A DNA stretch of 63,955 nucleotides, counting the filler, from Lenisia limosa (Eukaryota; Protista; Breviatea): NCBI GenBank assembly GCA_001655205.1. It is 5 parts of 5 records of this genome, joined end to end, with 100 filler letters (N's around TTAATTAATTAA, not from the genome) between each part and the next. Parts side by side here need not be neighbours in the genome. Positions count along the whole stretch, not along the records: positions 29,161 to 40,656 come from LPNZ01008594.1; positions 40,757 to 59,804 come from LPNZ01008138.1; 3 more parts are not named here. One strand, 5' to 3'. Of this stretch, positions 38,301 to 49,148 are shown one piece after another. The number at the start of each line of letters is the position of its first letter. Within the stretch, counting starts at the first letter, position 1. The notes beneath the pieces were generated by a model, which did not search any database, was not told the origin of the DNA, and worked only from the letters and a program-made list of their open reading frames with translations. Position numbers and translations under genes: made by a program.

Positions 38301-40640
38301 TTCTCATAAGTAGTCTTATCCCTTCTCACCCTTTAGTGTTCGACTATGCCATGACCCCCCCTTCTGACGACTCCTTTGAGGACTCGCTAATCTCACAAGG
38401 CACCTCCCAAAGTGTGCAGAGCAAAGCGGATGATTCCCAGAGCCAAATAGAGCTGGACACGACTCTTCCGCCGTCAACTCCTGTCACCCCGTCCTTCACT
38501 GCTGTCCCAACCAACATGCCTAGTAGTGTCGTTAGTGAAGCGGTTACTGAGGAACCCACATCTCCTCCTCCCGAATCTATCTCTGAAATCACCCCCACAA
38601 CGGAGGAGAGAGCCCTAACACCAAGCACCCAAAATGCAAATACTACCATCACACCAACCACCCCCGAAATCTCCAAAGCCAGTCAGGCTCCCTCCCCTGT
38701 AATGGAAGGAACAACCTCAGCTGGCGGCAGTCTCCCCCCAGGCACCGCTGGTCCCAATAGCCCCCCTCCGAGTCCCCCGGAGTTGATGACGTCACAACTC
38801 TCCCAGCCCTTGTTTGAGTCCACGCCGAAACCAAATGAAGAAGCCCGCGTGCTTGACTCGCCAGATTTGGACACGTCAGCATTTGACGCCTCCATATTCC
38901 CGACAGCCACACCAACTCCCTCCAACATTAGTGTCAGGCACCCCTCCATTGGCACCCCGCAGAGCCCACGGTTTCTGAGCCCTCCTGTCAATACTCCGAT
39001 GATTGCCGCTTTCACGCCCCCGCAGAAGATGGACCATATCCAGGAGCACTTCACTCCTCTCGAAAATGAAGGTAAAGAAATGGGGCTTCAGAGTCCATTC
39101 TACTATCCATTGATTTTTAGAAGCATGTTGTCTTTTTCGATTTTGTGGATTTTGAATGGGATGAGATTCTATGAATTTGAGACTTGTGCAGGTTTTGATT
39201 TTTTTTAGTGCCAACAGTACCAAAAGCCGCAGTTGAAATTGTTGAGCCACCAGCAACACCTGGTGGGTTGTAAGTTTAATGCCAATTGTTCGTTTNNNNN
39301 NNNNNNNNNNNNNNNNNNNNNNNNNNNNNNNNNNNNNNNNNNNNNNNNNNNNNNNNNNNNNNNNNNAAGAATTTATCTTAGATGTTCTCTTAGACTAAGG
39401 ATAATTAAATATTTGACTCTTTATTACATAACAGTATTGATTTTGGACCCCAGCCTCTTGTGACCACCCAGGAACTGTGCGGGATATTAAGCGACGAAAA
39501 CGGTCGAGACAGGTGACCCTCGATGAGTTCGCAGAGCACACTTCCAAGAAAAAGGTTGGCGGTTGCATGACAGTAGATTTTGAATGTTCAATGAACACTT
39601 TTTGCTTTTCTTTTTAACCTAAGTAAGCCATTTTCATGAATTTATCCCTAGCTAATGACCATTGTAGAAGAAAGACAAGCAAATGACTTATGAATCTCTG
39701 GGAAGTGGGGTTACGACAGCCCCAAAGATCCTCAGAGCAGTCTTGCGCAAATCCCTACCAGAATACCTGTTCGCTTTGATTATTGTGCCGTAGATAAAGC
39801 ACTAAAACAATAACTCATATTTCAGAATTATAATCTACATTAATATTGACTTCTGTTTCATACCTCTACAAATTTGACAAGTTTCTTGAAATAATTTTTG
39901 CGCAAATTCCAACACTGTTATGTTGATGAGATCGGATTTATCGAATATCTTCAAATTCAAAGCTTCATGTTTCTTTTGACTGTTTTGCAGAGGAAAGGCT
40001 GAGAACATCCCTGATGAGTTCCCCCTGGAGAATGTTCTTAATCACTTCGCCGCTGGTGTTGACAGTGACTTAGCTGAACTAGTCAGAGGATGGAATAAAA
40101 CTAGGGCTCCGTGCAATTAGTTTTTTGAAGAAAATTATTGCCAAAATTTGAAACTAAAGTGTCTGAAATGGAGTTCCAATGACAATATGTCCCTCGTCAA
40201 ATTTTTCAATTCATTTTTCAATTAATAGCACGGAGTCATAAATGAAACCATGGCAATACAGACATCTTTTTTGAGTTTTTTTTTTTTTCATAGAGGCTTG
40301 AATGGTTGATTCTTGGGTTCCCCTTTTACTATTCAGGACAAGAAGATTAAAAAGGTGGAGAAGATGAAGCTGAAGATCAGTATTGCCAACCAGATGGCCG
40401 CCTTGAAGCAAAACGTGGGGGTGTATATATCATATAGTATATAATACATGAGTTTAACATACTGCCCTAAAGAACTATTTTGTTCCCAAGTTTGATATTC
40501 CAGGAAATTCTGGCCGGAAAGAAGGAACAGCAGTTGTATCAGGAAACTGATGGTTCGTGGTGAAAAGGCTTGGGTGGCTGATTATTATGTTAATTATCTT
40601 GGTGAAACCAAAAGGGACCTTACAACAGTCAGGTTCATGA
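35389..40640 (+). CDS. Uncharacterised large Ser/Thr/Pro-rich protein with a basic helical C-terminal part (3' end truncated)
   Basis: ATG 35389 MSTPAPLPSPSK; long S/T/P exons 37470-39070; later exons DIKRRKRSRQVTLDEFAEH, ENIPDEFPLENVLNHFAAGVDSDLAEL and DKKIKKVEKMKLKISIANQMAALKQN. Confidence 0.6.
35735..35809. repeat. 25-bp tandem repeat x3 (intronic)
   Basis: aac(a/t)gtttcacacatgattgttc.. x3. Confidence 0.85.
37304..37381. mobile_element. Tc1/mariner-type MITE (family C), hairpin-like, TA-flanked
   Basis: TA|cagtgaatgggttaagccttgaccgattt..aaatcggttaagacttatcccgatcagtg|TA; related to 53577-53629. Confidence 0.65.
40102..40240. mobile_element. hAT-type MITE family B, copy 2 (intronic)
   Basis: TIRs tagggctccgtgcaatta / taatagcacggagtcata; TSD aataaaac / aatgaaac (7 of 8 match). 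Confidence 0.8.
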
Positions 40641-40656
40641 TTACCCCCCCCCCCCC

Positions 40657-40756
40657 NNNNNNNNNNNNNNNNNNNNNNNNNNNNNNNNNNNNNNNNNNNN
40701 TTAATTAATTAANNNNNNNNNNNNNNNNNNNNNNNNNNNNNNNNNNNNNNNNNNNN
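40657..40756. other. Artificial scaffold-joining linker
   Basis: 44 N + TTAATTAATTAA + 44 N. Confidence 0.95.
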
Positions 40757-40842
40757 GAAAAGCCTCCTTTTTGTTCGCGGTTTTAATCATGTTCGCGGTT
40801 TTAACTATATATATATCATACATATACGCGCACAAAATCGGG

Positions 40843-41813
40843 CTATCTCCTCATCCCACTGGAAAGATCCATATCCATGAGGATTTTGGCCGCAGCTTCT
40901 GGATCATTTATTGTGGATTGGAGGACTTGAGAAACTTGCTGACGGGGACTAAGGGTGGAAACTGTTATACAGATTGGTGTTTCAATTCAAATGCTAGCCC
41001 CAATTTCACCCACGTAAAAATAAACGATTTGCTGAGTAAGTCCAAATTATCTTGAAAGCCAGGGGACAACAAAACGTTGGGCAGCGGTTTGGAATCAAGT
41101 TTCTCCCTCTACAAAGTGAGAATTGATGACACACGTCACCATTGATACGTCAACTCAATCTCCTCCCCTACATCAAGTAGAGCCACGGCTGCAGTGTCAA
41201 CATCTCCATCCGCCGTGATGAGTGCCTTTTTTAGCTCCTCATTCGAAAGGTCCACTGACAGAGTTCGAAGGATAGCTGGTCAATTAGAATCGACAAGTGT
41301 TTATTTCATAAGAAAAAAAAGGCACACTCACCCATATTCTGCATAAATTTTGGGTCCTTGTCAACCGAGTATTCGGGCGGTGGCGTGACCACAAAAAAGT
41401 TTTCATTCCATTCCTAATGGATTTCGATCAAATATGTTGGGGGGTAGCAAGAATAAGGATATTACACACATTTTATCAAAAAAAAAAAGGGAATAAACGG
41501 AATAAACGATAATATCTCTTGGTATATCGATCAATCTTGTGTTTTAACCCAGTAACCCTACTTTAGGCAAGTACCATGGCCGAATTGACATGTGAAATGG
41601 CTGTACAAGGCTGGTGTAGCTGAGAAGGTCGTTGCTGTTGTCTTTACATATAGACTTGTCAAGAATATCGTTGATATTTGCAGGGACAAAACTCTCTCTT
41701 TTCTTCGATCTCTTGGCCAAGAATCTATCTGTCATTTCACGATTATCATTTTTAGAGGCTTTTGAGACTTGTGAGCCTCGTGAGCCCGTTCTTTGGATTG
41801 ATGAAGAGAACAT
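40843..41813 (-). CDS. Small protein with two UBA/CUE-like three-helix motifs
   Basis: Exons ILRTLSVDLSNEELKKALITADGDVDTAAVALLD and PRQQVSQVLQSTINDPEAAAKILMDMDLSSGMRR*; ATG 41813. Confidence 0.5.
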
Positions 41814-42034
41814 GATCAAGGGTTAGGGTGGAAGGAGTGGGACAGGCAATGAAGTTATCTGCCAGCTTTTTTCTGTGACTAATAATGCTAATTTATTCAA
41901 ATATTGAGAAGAAAACATGAGAAAGGGACTGAATTTTGGTTTACTCGTGGACCATAGTGTTATGCAGGGTTTATATCATCACTTTATAACCAAACAAAAA
42001 GCAAATTCTCTTTCTTTTGTGCTAATTGAATAAG

Positions 42035-44320
42035 ATGGTATGATATGAGCGTATTATTATTGTTTTTGAAATTTTTTCACTTTTGCTCTTTGGCTGTTTG
42101 ACACTCTTAGGCCGACCTTGCAAAGATTAAGACTCAGATTGAGTACTATTTTGGTGACTCTAACTTCCCTAATGACAAGTTCCTTCAGAAGGAGGCTGCT
42201 GAAGATGGATGTAGGTTCTCTCTTGAGCATTATACGGGGTTTTCATGTATTTAAACTCTAATTCATGTTTATCAGGGGTTAAAATCTCTGTTCTGCTGAC
42301 TTTCAACCGGTTGAAGGAGCTCACCACCGATGCTGAGGTCATTTGCAAGGCCATTGAAGGCTCAGAAATTTGCTCTGTTCGTGGGGTTAACGGGCATAGG
42401 GCTTCCACCTTCCTTGATGGGTCATAATACAACTGTGTCATTCACGTTCACGTTATTCCTTTCCCAAATGGAATAGCCACAATCTTACGCATTGCTGTTT
42501 TGCAACTGCATTGAAAGTTTCACTGATGTAGGCTAATGAGGAGAAGACCGCTATCCGCCGTGCTAAGGAGCTCCCACCTGCTGACCAGTTCATCAAGCGT
42601 TCTCTTTACTGTGTATGTGAATGGTTTTGTACTCTCAATAATGTTGTTGTCTGGAAGATTTAATGAGGCTTGTCACTAGAAAGTTTAATGAGGCTATTTT
42701 ATATGACACATGTTGTGGACATTGTCTAATCCTTTTTAGAAGGGCTTCCCTACTGAAAACGATTTCATGAAGGTGGGTTGAAAAGATGTTATCCAAGATG
42801 AACATTGTGGTGTAGCTGATGTCATGATAAACATGCATTGGCTTAAGAAAATAGCCTATCTATTGTTTTCATATTACTTAATACATCTTTGTTATTTACT
42901 TAGGACTGATTATCATCTTAACTCAACCCGTTCAGGTCAAGGAGTTCTTTAGCAAGTATGGAGAAGTTGTTTCTGCCCGTCTTCGACGTAATCCCATCAC
43001 CAAGGCTCTTAAGGTACCCGGAAAAACAATGGAATGTTTAACACTGTCTGGGTTACTATTTCCAGATTCTCTTGTTTCCTAACCTCACATGTGGTCTCTT
43101 GTTGTTTGCTCATCCCCCCCCCCCCCNNNNNNNNNNNNNNNNNNNNNNNNNNNNNNNNNNNNNNNNNNNNNNNNNNNNNNNNNNNNNNNNNNNNNNNNNN
43201 NNNNNNNNNNNNGTTCTTGCCGCAGTCAAGCTCGAAGACCTCCCCTGCCAGCTCGAAGACAACAAAATCTGCTCAATGTTAGAACTGATGTTAAGAAATG
43301 GCATTCTCAAATTTCTATTTGGAGCAATAAGCGAGATACTCCATTTACCATTTTAGGGCTGAGTACCAGAACGCTAAGTCTAAGGGCAAGAAGCATTTCC
43401 TTGTCAACCCTGAAGAGAGAAAGGTGAGCCCCTCCTTTTGATCATCGAGTTTGGCTTTTGTGTTTTGTATGAATCGTTTCTTATTGAGCTTAGAAGGAGG
43501 AGATGAGCAATGTCGATGCTATGAAGGCCGGTATGTGTACAAATCCAAATAAGATTTTTCAACTGGCCCTTCTAATACCCCAGCCCTTGCGGAGTCTCAG
43601 GCCAAGGATGTCTCATCAGACGTGCCTGCTGAGAAGGCTGAGACTGAACGCCCAGCTCTCAAGAGACCTGCCCCAGAGGAAGAGAAGCCAGTTGAGGTGG
43701 GTAATATTGATTGCTTTGGCCTTGTTGTGTAATTTGACCGTCAGGGTCTCCTTCTTCGTCTCGAAGGTCTTGGAGACGATACCACCCGTGAGCTGCTGAA
43801 GGAGAAGTTCGCCATTTTCGGTGAGGTCGCTTTCGCTGATTACTCTCGCGGAAACCCTTCTGGTGTTCTCAGATTCCAAGTAAGCTACTTCTTCCTTTCT
43901 AGATTTTTTGAGGCCACAAGGCAAAATTACCTTTTAGGAAGCTGGCCCGGCCGCGAAGGCTGATGGTGAGACCATGGACCTCGATGGTGTCACTGCCACC
44001 TGCACCATGCTCAAGGGTGATGAAGAGTCCAAATACTGGGAGATGGTTAAGGAGGTAAGCATACGAATGTTTTTACTTTTAGCTTTCTTCCTGACAAATA
44101 CCTTTTCCTTCCAGTTCACCATTTTACCTTTTTTTTTAAAAAAAAAAATCCGATTTGTACGTGTTAACTTGTAATCAATTGAGTTGGCATCTCAGTATTC
44201 TTTCATTTACTTCCACATCAGAACCGTAAGGCTCTGAAGTCAAAGAGATCCGGCGGCGGAAGAGGCGGAAGAGGCGGCCGTGGTCGTGGTCGTGGCCGTG
44301 GCCGTGGACGCAGGTCTTAG
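42035..44320 (+). CDS. SSB: La autoantigen homolog (La motif, RRM1, RRM2/xRRM, RGG tail)
   Basis: MADLAKIKTQIEYYFGDSNFPNDKFLQK..WVKISVLLTFNRLKELT; RSLYCKGFP..VKEFFSKYGEVVSARLRR; GLLLRLEGLGDDTTRELLKEKFAIFGEVAFADYSRG; GDEESKYWEMV; GGRGGRGGRGRGRGRGRGRRS*. Confidence 0.95.
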
Positions 44321-44420
44321 ACTGTTTTCACTTTTTACATTATATTCAAACCAACTAGACATCTTGTGTTGTGGATTAGGAGGACTTGTCAGTTAGTACT
44401 TATTCTAATTCTGTCTTTAA

Positions 44421-44840
44421 AGCAGGTTGGTAAACCAGAAACTCGGCTCGAATTCCCAGCTAGTCTGTGTATTGCAATTTTCAAAATAAATTCATCCAAA
44501 TCATCATAAATCAGTCTACACCCTGTTCATTTATAATAACTTGTCTTAATACAGATGCAGAAACCAAGGAGAATTAGGAAAAGGAAGAGGAGAGCAAGAT
44601 TGTGATGCCTATTTATTTAAGCTTGAGAAAACATCTTTAAATGTCCCCAATCATATAAACTGGCTCAACGTTGGTGAACCTGAAAACCACTACAACCAGA
44701 GATTTCGTTGATAGTTAAAAGTAAGTTAAAAGTATGCAGGTGAAAAGCCGTCAACGAACTAGTAACAAGAGGTCTTACATTCGCCTATAAGTGCGCATTG
44801 ACCAAAACTCGGAGGTAAAAATCTGGTTTAACAACCTGCT
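44421..44840. mobile_element. 420-bp non-autonomous TIR element with TTAA TSD (Kolobok-like)
   Basis: TIRs AGCAGGTTGGTAAACCAGA (44421-44439) and TCTGGTTTAACAACCTGCT (44822-44840) are 18/19 complementary; TTAA on both sides; termini AG..CT. Confidence 0.7.
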
Positions 44841-45319
44841 TTAAACTGCAAATTGTGTTGATCCTCAAGAGCATTGAACACGTTGTGACACCAGACAAGA
44901 ATAAATATGAAATAAGAATGTAAAATATCCCCCTAAGAAACATACATTCGGAGAGAATAACAGCATGTGTAGAGAGGAATACTATCTGTCCCCCCCCCCC
45001 CNNNNNNNNNNNNNNNNNNNNNNNNNNNNNNNNNNNNNNNNNNNNNNNNNNNNTTACACTTAAAGAAAACACAGATTGAGCTCCTACTCCACAGACTAAA
45101 GAAATGAGCAAAGGAACTCTTGGTATCAGAACTGATGAGAGATGCGTTAGACACATGAGTTTTGGAATTTAGAAGAAAAGGGGACGGCAAATAAGGGCTA
45201 AATGGGGCAGACAAGTAGGTTTGGAAACATCAGAAAATTTGGAGTTTTGGATAATATTCAAACTGTAACAATTTGAGTATATATATATAACACAAGAATT
45301 ATAGTCTGCGAGTGATCAC

Positions 45320-45740
45320 TTAACATACCGGGTTTTGGATTACAATTAAAAGATAATCTTTCTCTGGTGCTACCATGATCTCATGTTTCTTCGATCGCAA
45401 ACGAAGGAAAGTCAAATCATTCTGTTGAATTAGAAAAAACAAGGGAGGGGGGAACGGTGGAGAACTCACCTGAGGATCCAAATCACGGACTGCTGAACGA
45501 GCTTTTGATGTTAACTGTGTTAAAAGGGCAGCATGCTGGACAGTGACCGCTTGGTCAAGGGTTGAGCGAATAGGGATGCCCTCATTATTGACAATGATGA
45601 GACCAATAACTCCTTTGTGCGACTGGATGCGCTTCAAAGTATCTTCAACTTCAGACTATTTCATCAGAAAGCAGTTTGTAACCTGATAGAGCTTTGAAGA
45701 AAAAAAAATAAAAAAAACCCAAATTGCCTCCTCTTACCAT
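45320..45740 (-). CDS. DYNLRB: Dynein light chain roadblock-type
   Basis: M|[57 protein letters not shown]|[31 protein letters not shown]; two clear introns; last codons uncertain. Confidence 0.95.
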
Positions 45741-46224
45741 TTTGTGGACTCTCTGTGGGTGGGTAGTTGCTGGGTAGTTGTGTGGGATAATACAAGGATA
45801 ATAAAGGGAGGCAAAAAAAAAAATCGTATTTCCAGCACGTTGACGCGCAACGACATGCTACATCAACCTGTGTACCCCGGACGGTCCCTGGTACTTTTCA
45901 CTAACCCCATCCCCCNNNNNNNNNNNNNNNNNNNNNNNNNNNNNNNNNNNNNNNNNNNNNNNNNNNNNNNNNNNNNNNNNNNNNNNNNNNNNNNNNNNNN
46001 NNNNNNNNNNNNNGCGATACGCCATGCTGCCTTGGAACACCCAGACTGCCCAGACCCCCTGGGAACTGGGAATATGGAAATGGACTTAGATTGCAACTGG
46101 GGGATTCGAATCTTGGAATCTATGAATATATTGGTATTGGTCCATTGGATACAAATTGGATAAAATTCCGTCAGACCATCTATCAGAATCAGAGAGTGGG
46201 GTATAAGAGTATAATTTCAGCACA

Positions 46225-46240
46225 TGACGTCATGACGTCA
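46225..46240. promoter_or_regulatory. Two abutting CRE-like palindromes (TGACGTCA x2), about 0.5 kb upstream of DYNLRB
   Basis: TGACGTCATGACGTCA; function inferred from the motif only. Confidence 0.3.
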
Positions 46241-48104
46241 GAACTTATCCACGATCCATAGTCGATCCGTCCGATCCGCGATCCGCCGTGATTGCTTTGG
46301 CAGAGCCATGTTTATAGAGTTCTCCCCCCCCCCTTGGTGTAGCCAGGAGCCAGGAAGAGCCGAGAGCCGAGGCAGTATCAGCTTCTGCCATCTCCAACAC
46401 CACAAACCACAACCCTGGCACAACCCTGAAGCCTACATACAATGATCCGTGGTTTTCTGATTCTGCTCTTTATGTAGGGGAAAAAAAGACCAAATTAATG
46501 TTGCCTGTAGATTTGGGATCAGTAGCTTAGATGTTTCACCAAACGGTCTCATAGTTACTGAGGTGGAGAGACCTTTCCAGAGTACGTAATATAAAGTGGA
46601 CTTGTTATATTTCAATTTTGATACTTTTTTGTTGTATTTTAAAGGAGGTTGATTATTTAGATATATTTGGAGGAAGCAGTGGCTGATGGTTTGTGGGTGA
46701 AGTAATGTAATCAGGTGTACTGAATCATAGTCTGAGTAGTCGCACTCACCCGCACAGTTAGCGCATTGTTAACGATGTCTGTTCTGTCTATCCCCTCTAT
46801 TGACGGTCAGGTCACTCTTGACATCACTCATATACCAAGAAACACTACACATGCAATCAAGGTGGGTAAGCAATTTTGCAAATGGTTTGCTCACTTCACC
46901 AAGGCTACCCTGATATCAAAATCCACTTCACATAAATCAAGAAATTTTCTATGTGATTTTTTTTTTATCAACTCAGCGTTGCTGTGCACTTAACCATTTC
47001 TCTACTCTTTTGGGTGAGTCTGGTTTTTCAAGTCATGGCGTGAAGCAGGATGATGCACTGCTATCGGTATGTCAACCTTTCAATTTTCTGGGGCAACTGT
47101 ATGCAACAATCAAGCATTTTCTTGATACTACAAAACCAAGTGGCCGTCAAGGCTTTCTTGTTTGAATGTATACCTTACCCCACTTCCATTGACACCATTA
47201 AGACACGTCTTTTCTCCTCTGTATTCACAAGAACTGAAGTGGCACAATCATATTTTGCTGGTCGCTATGCCAAGGTTTTGCAGGGCTTTTACCAGTCTTT
47301 CTGAAAGTGCCATAAAAATAAAAGTGATTTTCTTTCTTTAAGAAATTTCATTGCTTCTTCACAATGTTGACCAAGGGGTTCTGCTCCAAAACTGTACACC
47401 GGCACTCAAACGTGGTGGTGTGCGGTGTACAGGGGACATTTTATGTCATGCCAATGTCATGCCACCCCGCCCCACTCAGAGTGTCACCAGAATAACACTT
47501 GAAACCTGAAATATACCTTGGAAGCAGTCTAGGAAGCCATCTCCCCTTGATTGGTACCCTGTTTTACTGCTCTAGCCGCGGCCCAACCATGCAGCAAATA
47601 TTGTGGAGGAGTTCACACCAATGGAGGGAGATTCTTATGTCTATAACAACGATGTTGTTCATCGCTTATCTCGCGCTTATCCAGTGGAAGACTAGAAGAC
47701 CTCAATTGATTCCTCTTTTTATTCATAGAGCAATTTTAGACAGCTTTTTGTGAGCTACCTTACCTGCCTGAACCACTATCTTGCCACTAACAACCCGCGT
47801 TTTTGGAGACTGGGTAGATATCTCACGAGTAACTCACCTATCCTACTATTCGTCCAAGAAATCAAAGGAATAATCGCGCCTTCAATCGTACCCTACCCCA
47901 GGGTATTTACCCTAAATAAACCGCCAAAATTAGTTCATTTTTCCTATTAGGCATTTGGTGGTATTAAACACCGCTTTTGTTACCGACTTCATTGAAACAT
48001 ATATTCTAACGAGTGAATGAAAACAGGGGGGACTATAAGTGGGGGGCAAAAGTACAAATTAAAAAGAGGGGTGAGATAAAACTGAGAGAGAATTAGAAAG
48101 GCGA

Positions 48105-48794
48105 TTAGAACTCCTGAGATTGAGATACAGACTTGACAGCGGCGTCAGTCTTCTTCTTCTTGATGAGCTCGGGACGTACATTGGGAACAACACCTAGCAA
48201 ATTAGCCACCACCAAAAGAAGAGTTGAAGTAATATCATAGATCAATGTAAAAAAAAGGCGCCAACAATATGTTGCCTCCAAACCTCCACTGCAAATGGTA
48301 GTGTTGCCAAGGAACTTGACAAGCTCCTCATCAGTTTTGACAGCAAGCATGATGTGACGAGGGGTGATACGCTGCTTCTTGTTGTCCTTGCAGGCGTTTC
48401 CAGAGAGCTCAAGAACCTGAAAAGTTAATACTGCTGTAACTAAAGGCGAGAGCAAACCTCAGAGGTGAGGTACTCCATAACGGCAGCAAGGAAAACGGGA
48501 GCAGAAGAAGAGATGCGCTCGGCGGCACGAGATTCCTTCATGTGTCTGTGGATACGTCCAACAGGGAAGACAAGTCTATATCAGTTAGAAAAGAAAAAAC
48601 GCGCCAAAAATTTCAGTGAAGGAAACCAGTTCAGTAGCGTCTATTTTGTCAATTATAAACATTTACCCAAAATTGAGCTCATCCACCTACCCAGCACGGC
48701 TGGAGCGGCTTTGAGCGGAGGACTTGGCTAAAAAAATAGTTAATACAGTTCACAAATGAAACAATGGCTTACTGACAGACTTGCGGGGGGCCAT
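48105..48794 (-). CDS. H2AX: Histone H2A.X-type variant with four introns
   Basis: MAPRKSVT|[12 protein letters not shown]|[39 protein letters not shown]|[45 protein letters not shown]|[28 protein letters not shown]; C-terminal SQEF motif. Confidence 0.9.
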
Positions 48795-48846
48795 TTTAAA
48801 TAGATTCAAAAGTGTTTGAAGGAGGGACTTTTTTTTAAAAAAAAAT

Positions 48847-48869
48847 CCGCCAAAAAGGAGTGCGCCAAA
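48847..48869 (-). promoter_or_regulatory. Paired E2F-like sites in the H2A.X/golgin divergent promoter
   Basis: TTTGGCGG (48847-48854) and TTTGGCGC (48862-48869) on the minus strand; another TTTGGCGC in an H2A.X intron (48601-48608); TCACGTGA at about 48897. Confidence 0.4.
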
Positions 48870-49148
48870 ATTAATAGTGACATAAGTGACACAAAATCAC
48901 GTGACTTGCATTAGTAGTTGATTGTTACACTTCGGCACTCAAACCACCTTTCTTGCCTTCTCCCGAGTCTTCCAGTCCATATCATCATCTTCTTTCTTTT
49001 CGTCTTTTTCAGGCTTTTTATTCATTTTTTAAAAACATTCATTCTTGGTTGTTATGGGGTCCTAACCTGCTGTGACCATCAACCTGGCCTTCCCACTCCC
49101 ACACTAAATATAAATAAACTGTTGATATTGTGAGTTTTTTGGAAGAGG

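Noticed and set aside
38344-39259. Long antisense ORFs opposite S/T/P-rich or coiled-coil exons (also 1925-2600, 19406-19825, 51256-51873)
   Set aside because: They are shadows of biased codon usage on the coding strand, with no independent motifs.
40082-40337. MITE apparently truncating the S/T/P-rich gene
   Set aside because: A donor before the insertion (CTA|GTCAGA) and the acceptor at 40337 keep the frame (LAEL-DKKIKK), so the MITE is intronic.
44383-44466. tRNA-like cloverleaf with anticodon loop CT-TTA-AA and a long variable arm (ochre suppressor or tRNA-Sec-like)
   Set aside because: The anticodon and variable arm coincide with the TTAA TSD and left TIR of the 44421-44840 element, and the same 24 nt recur inverted at 44822-44845. 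The D-loop lacks GG, the T-loop has a substitution plus an extra base, and the stems have mismatches. TAA is a normal stop in FIS1, SMC2 and H2A.X. A positive tRNAscan-SE or Secmarker score would reopen this.
46700-47950. Short ORFs between DYNLRB and H2A.X as a gene or transposase remnant
   Set aside because: No consistent exon chain, recognisable motif or terminal repeats could be established by eye.
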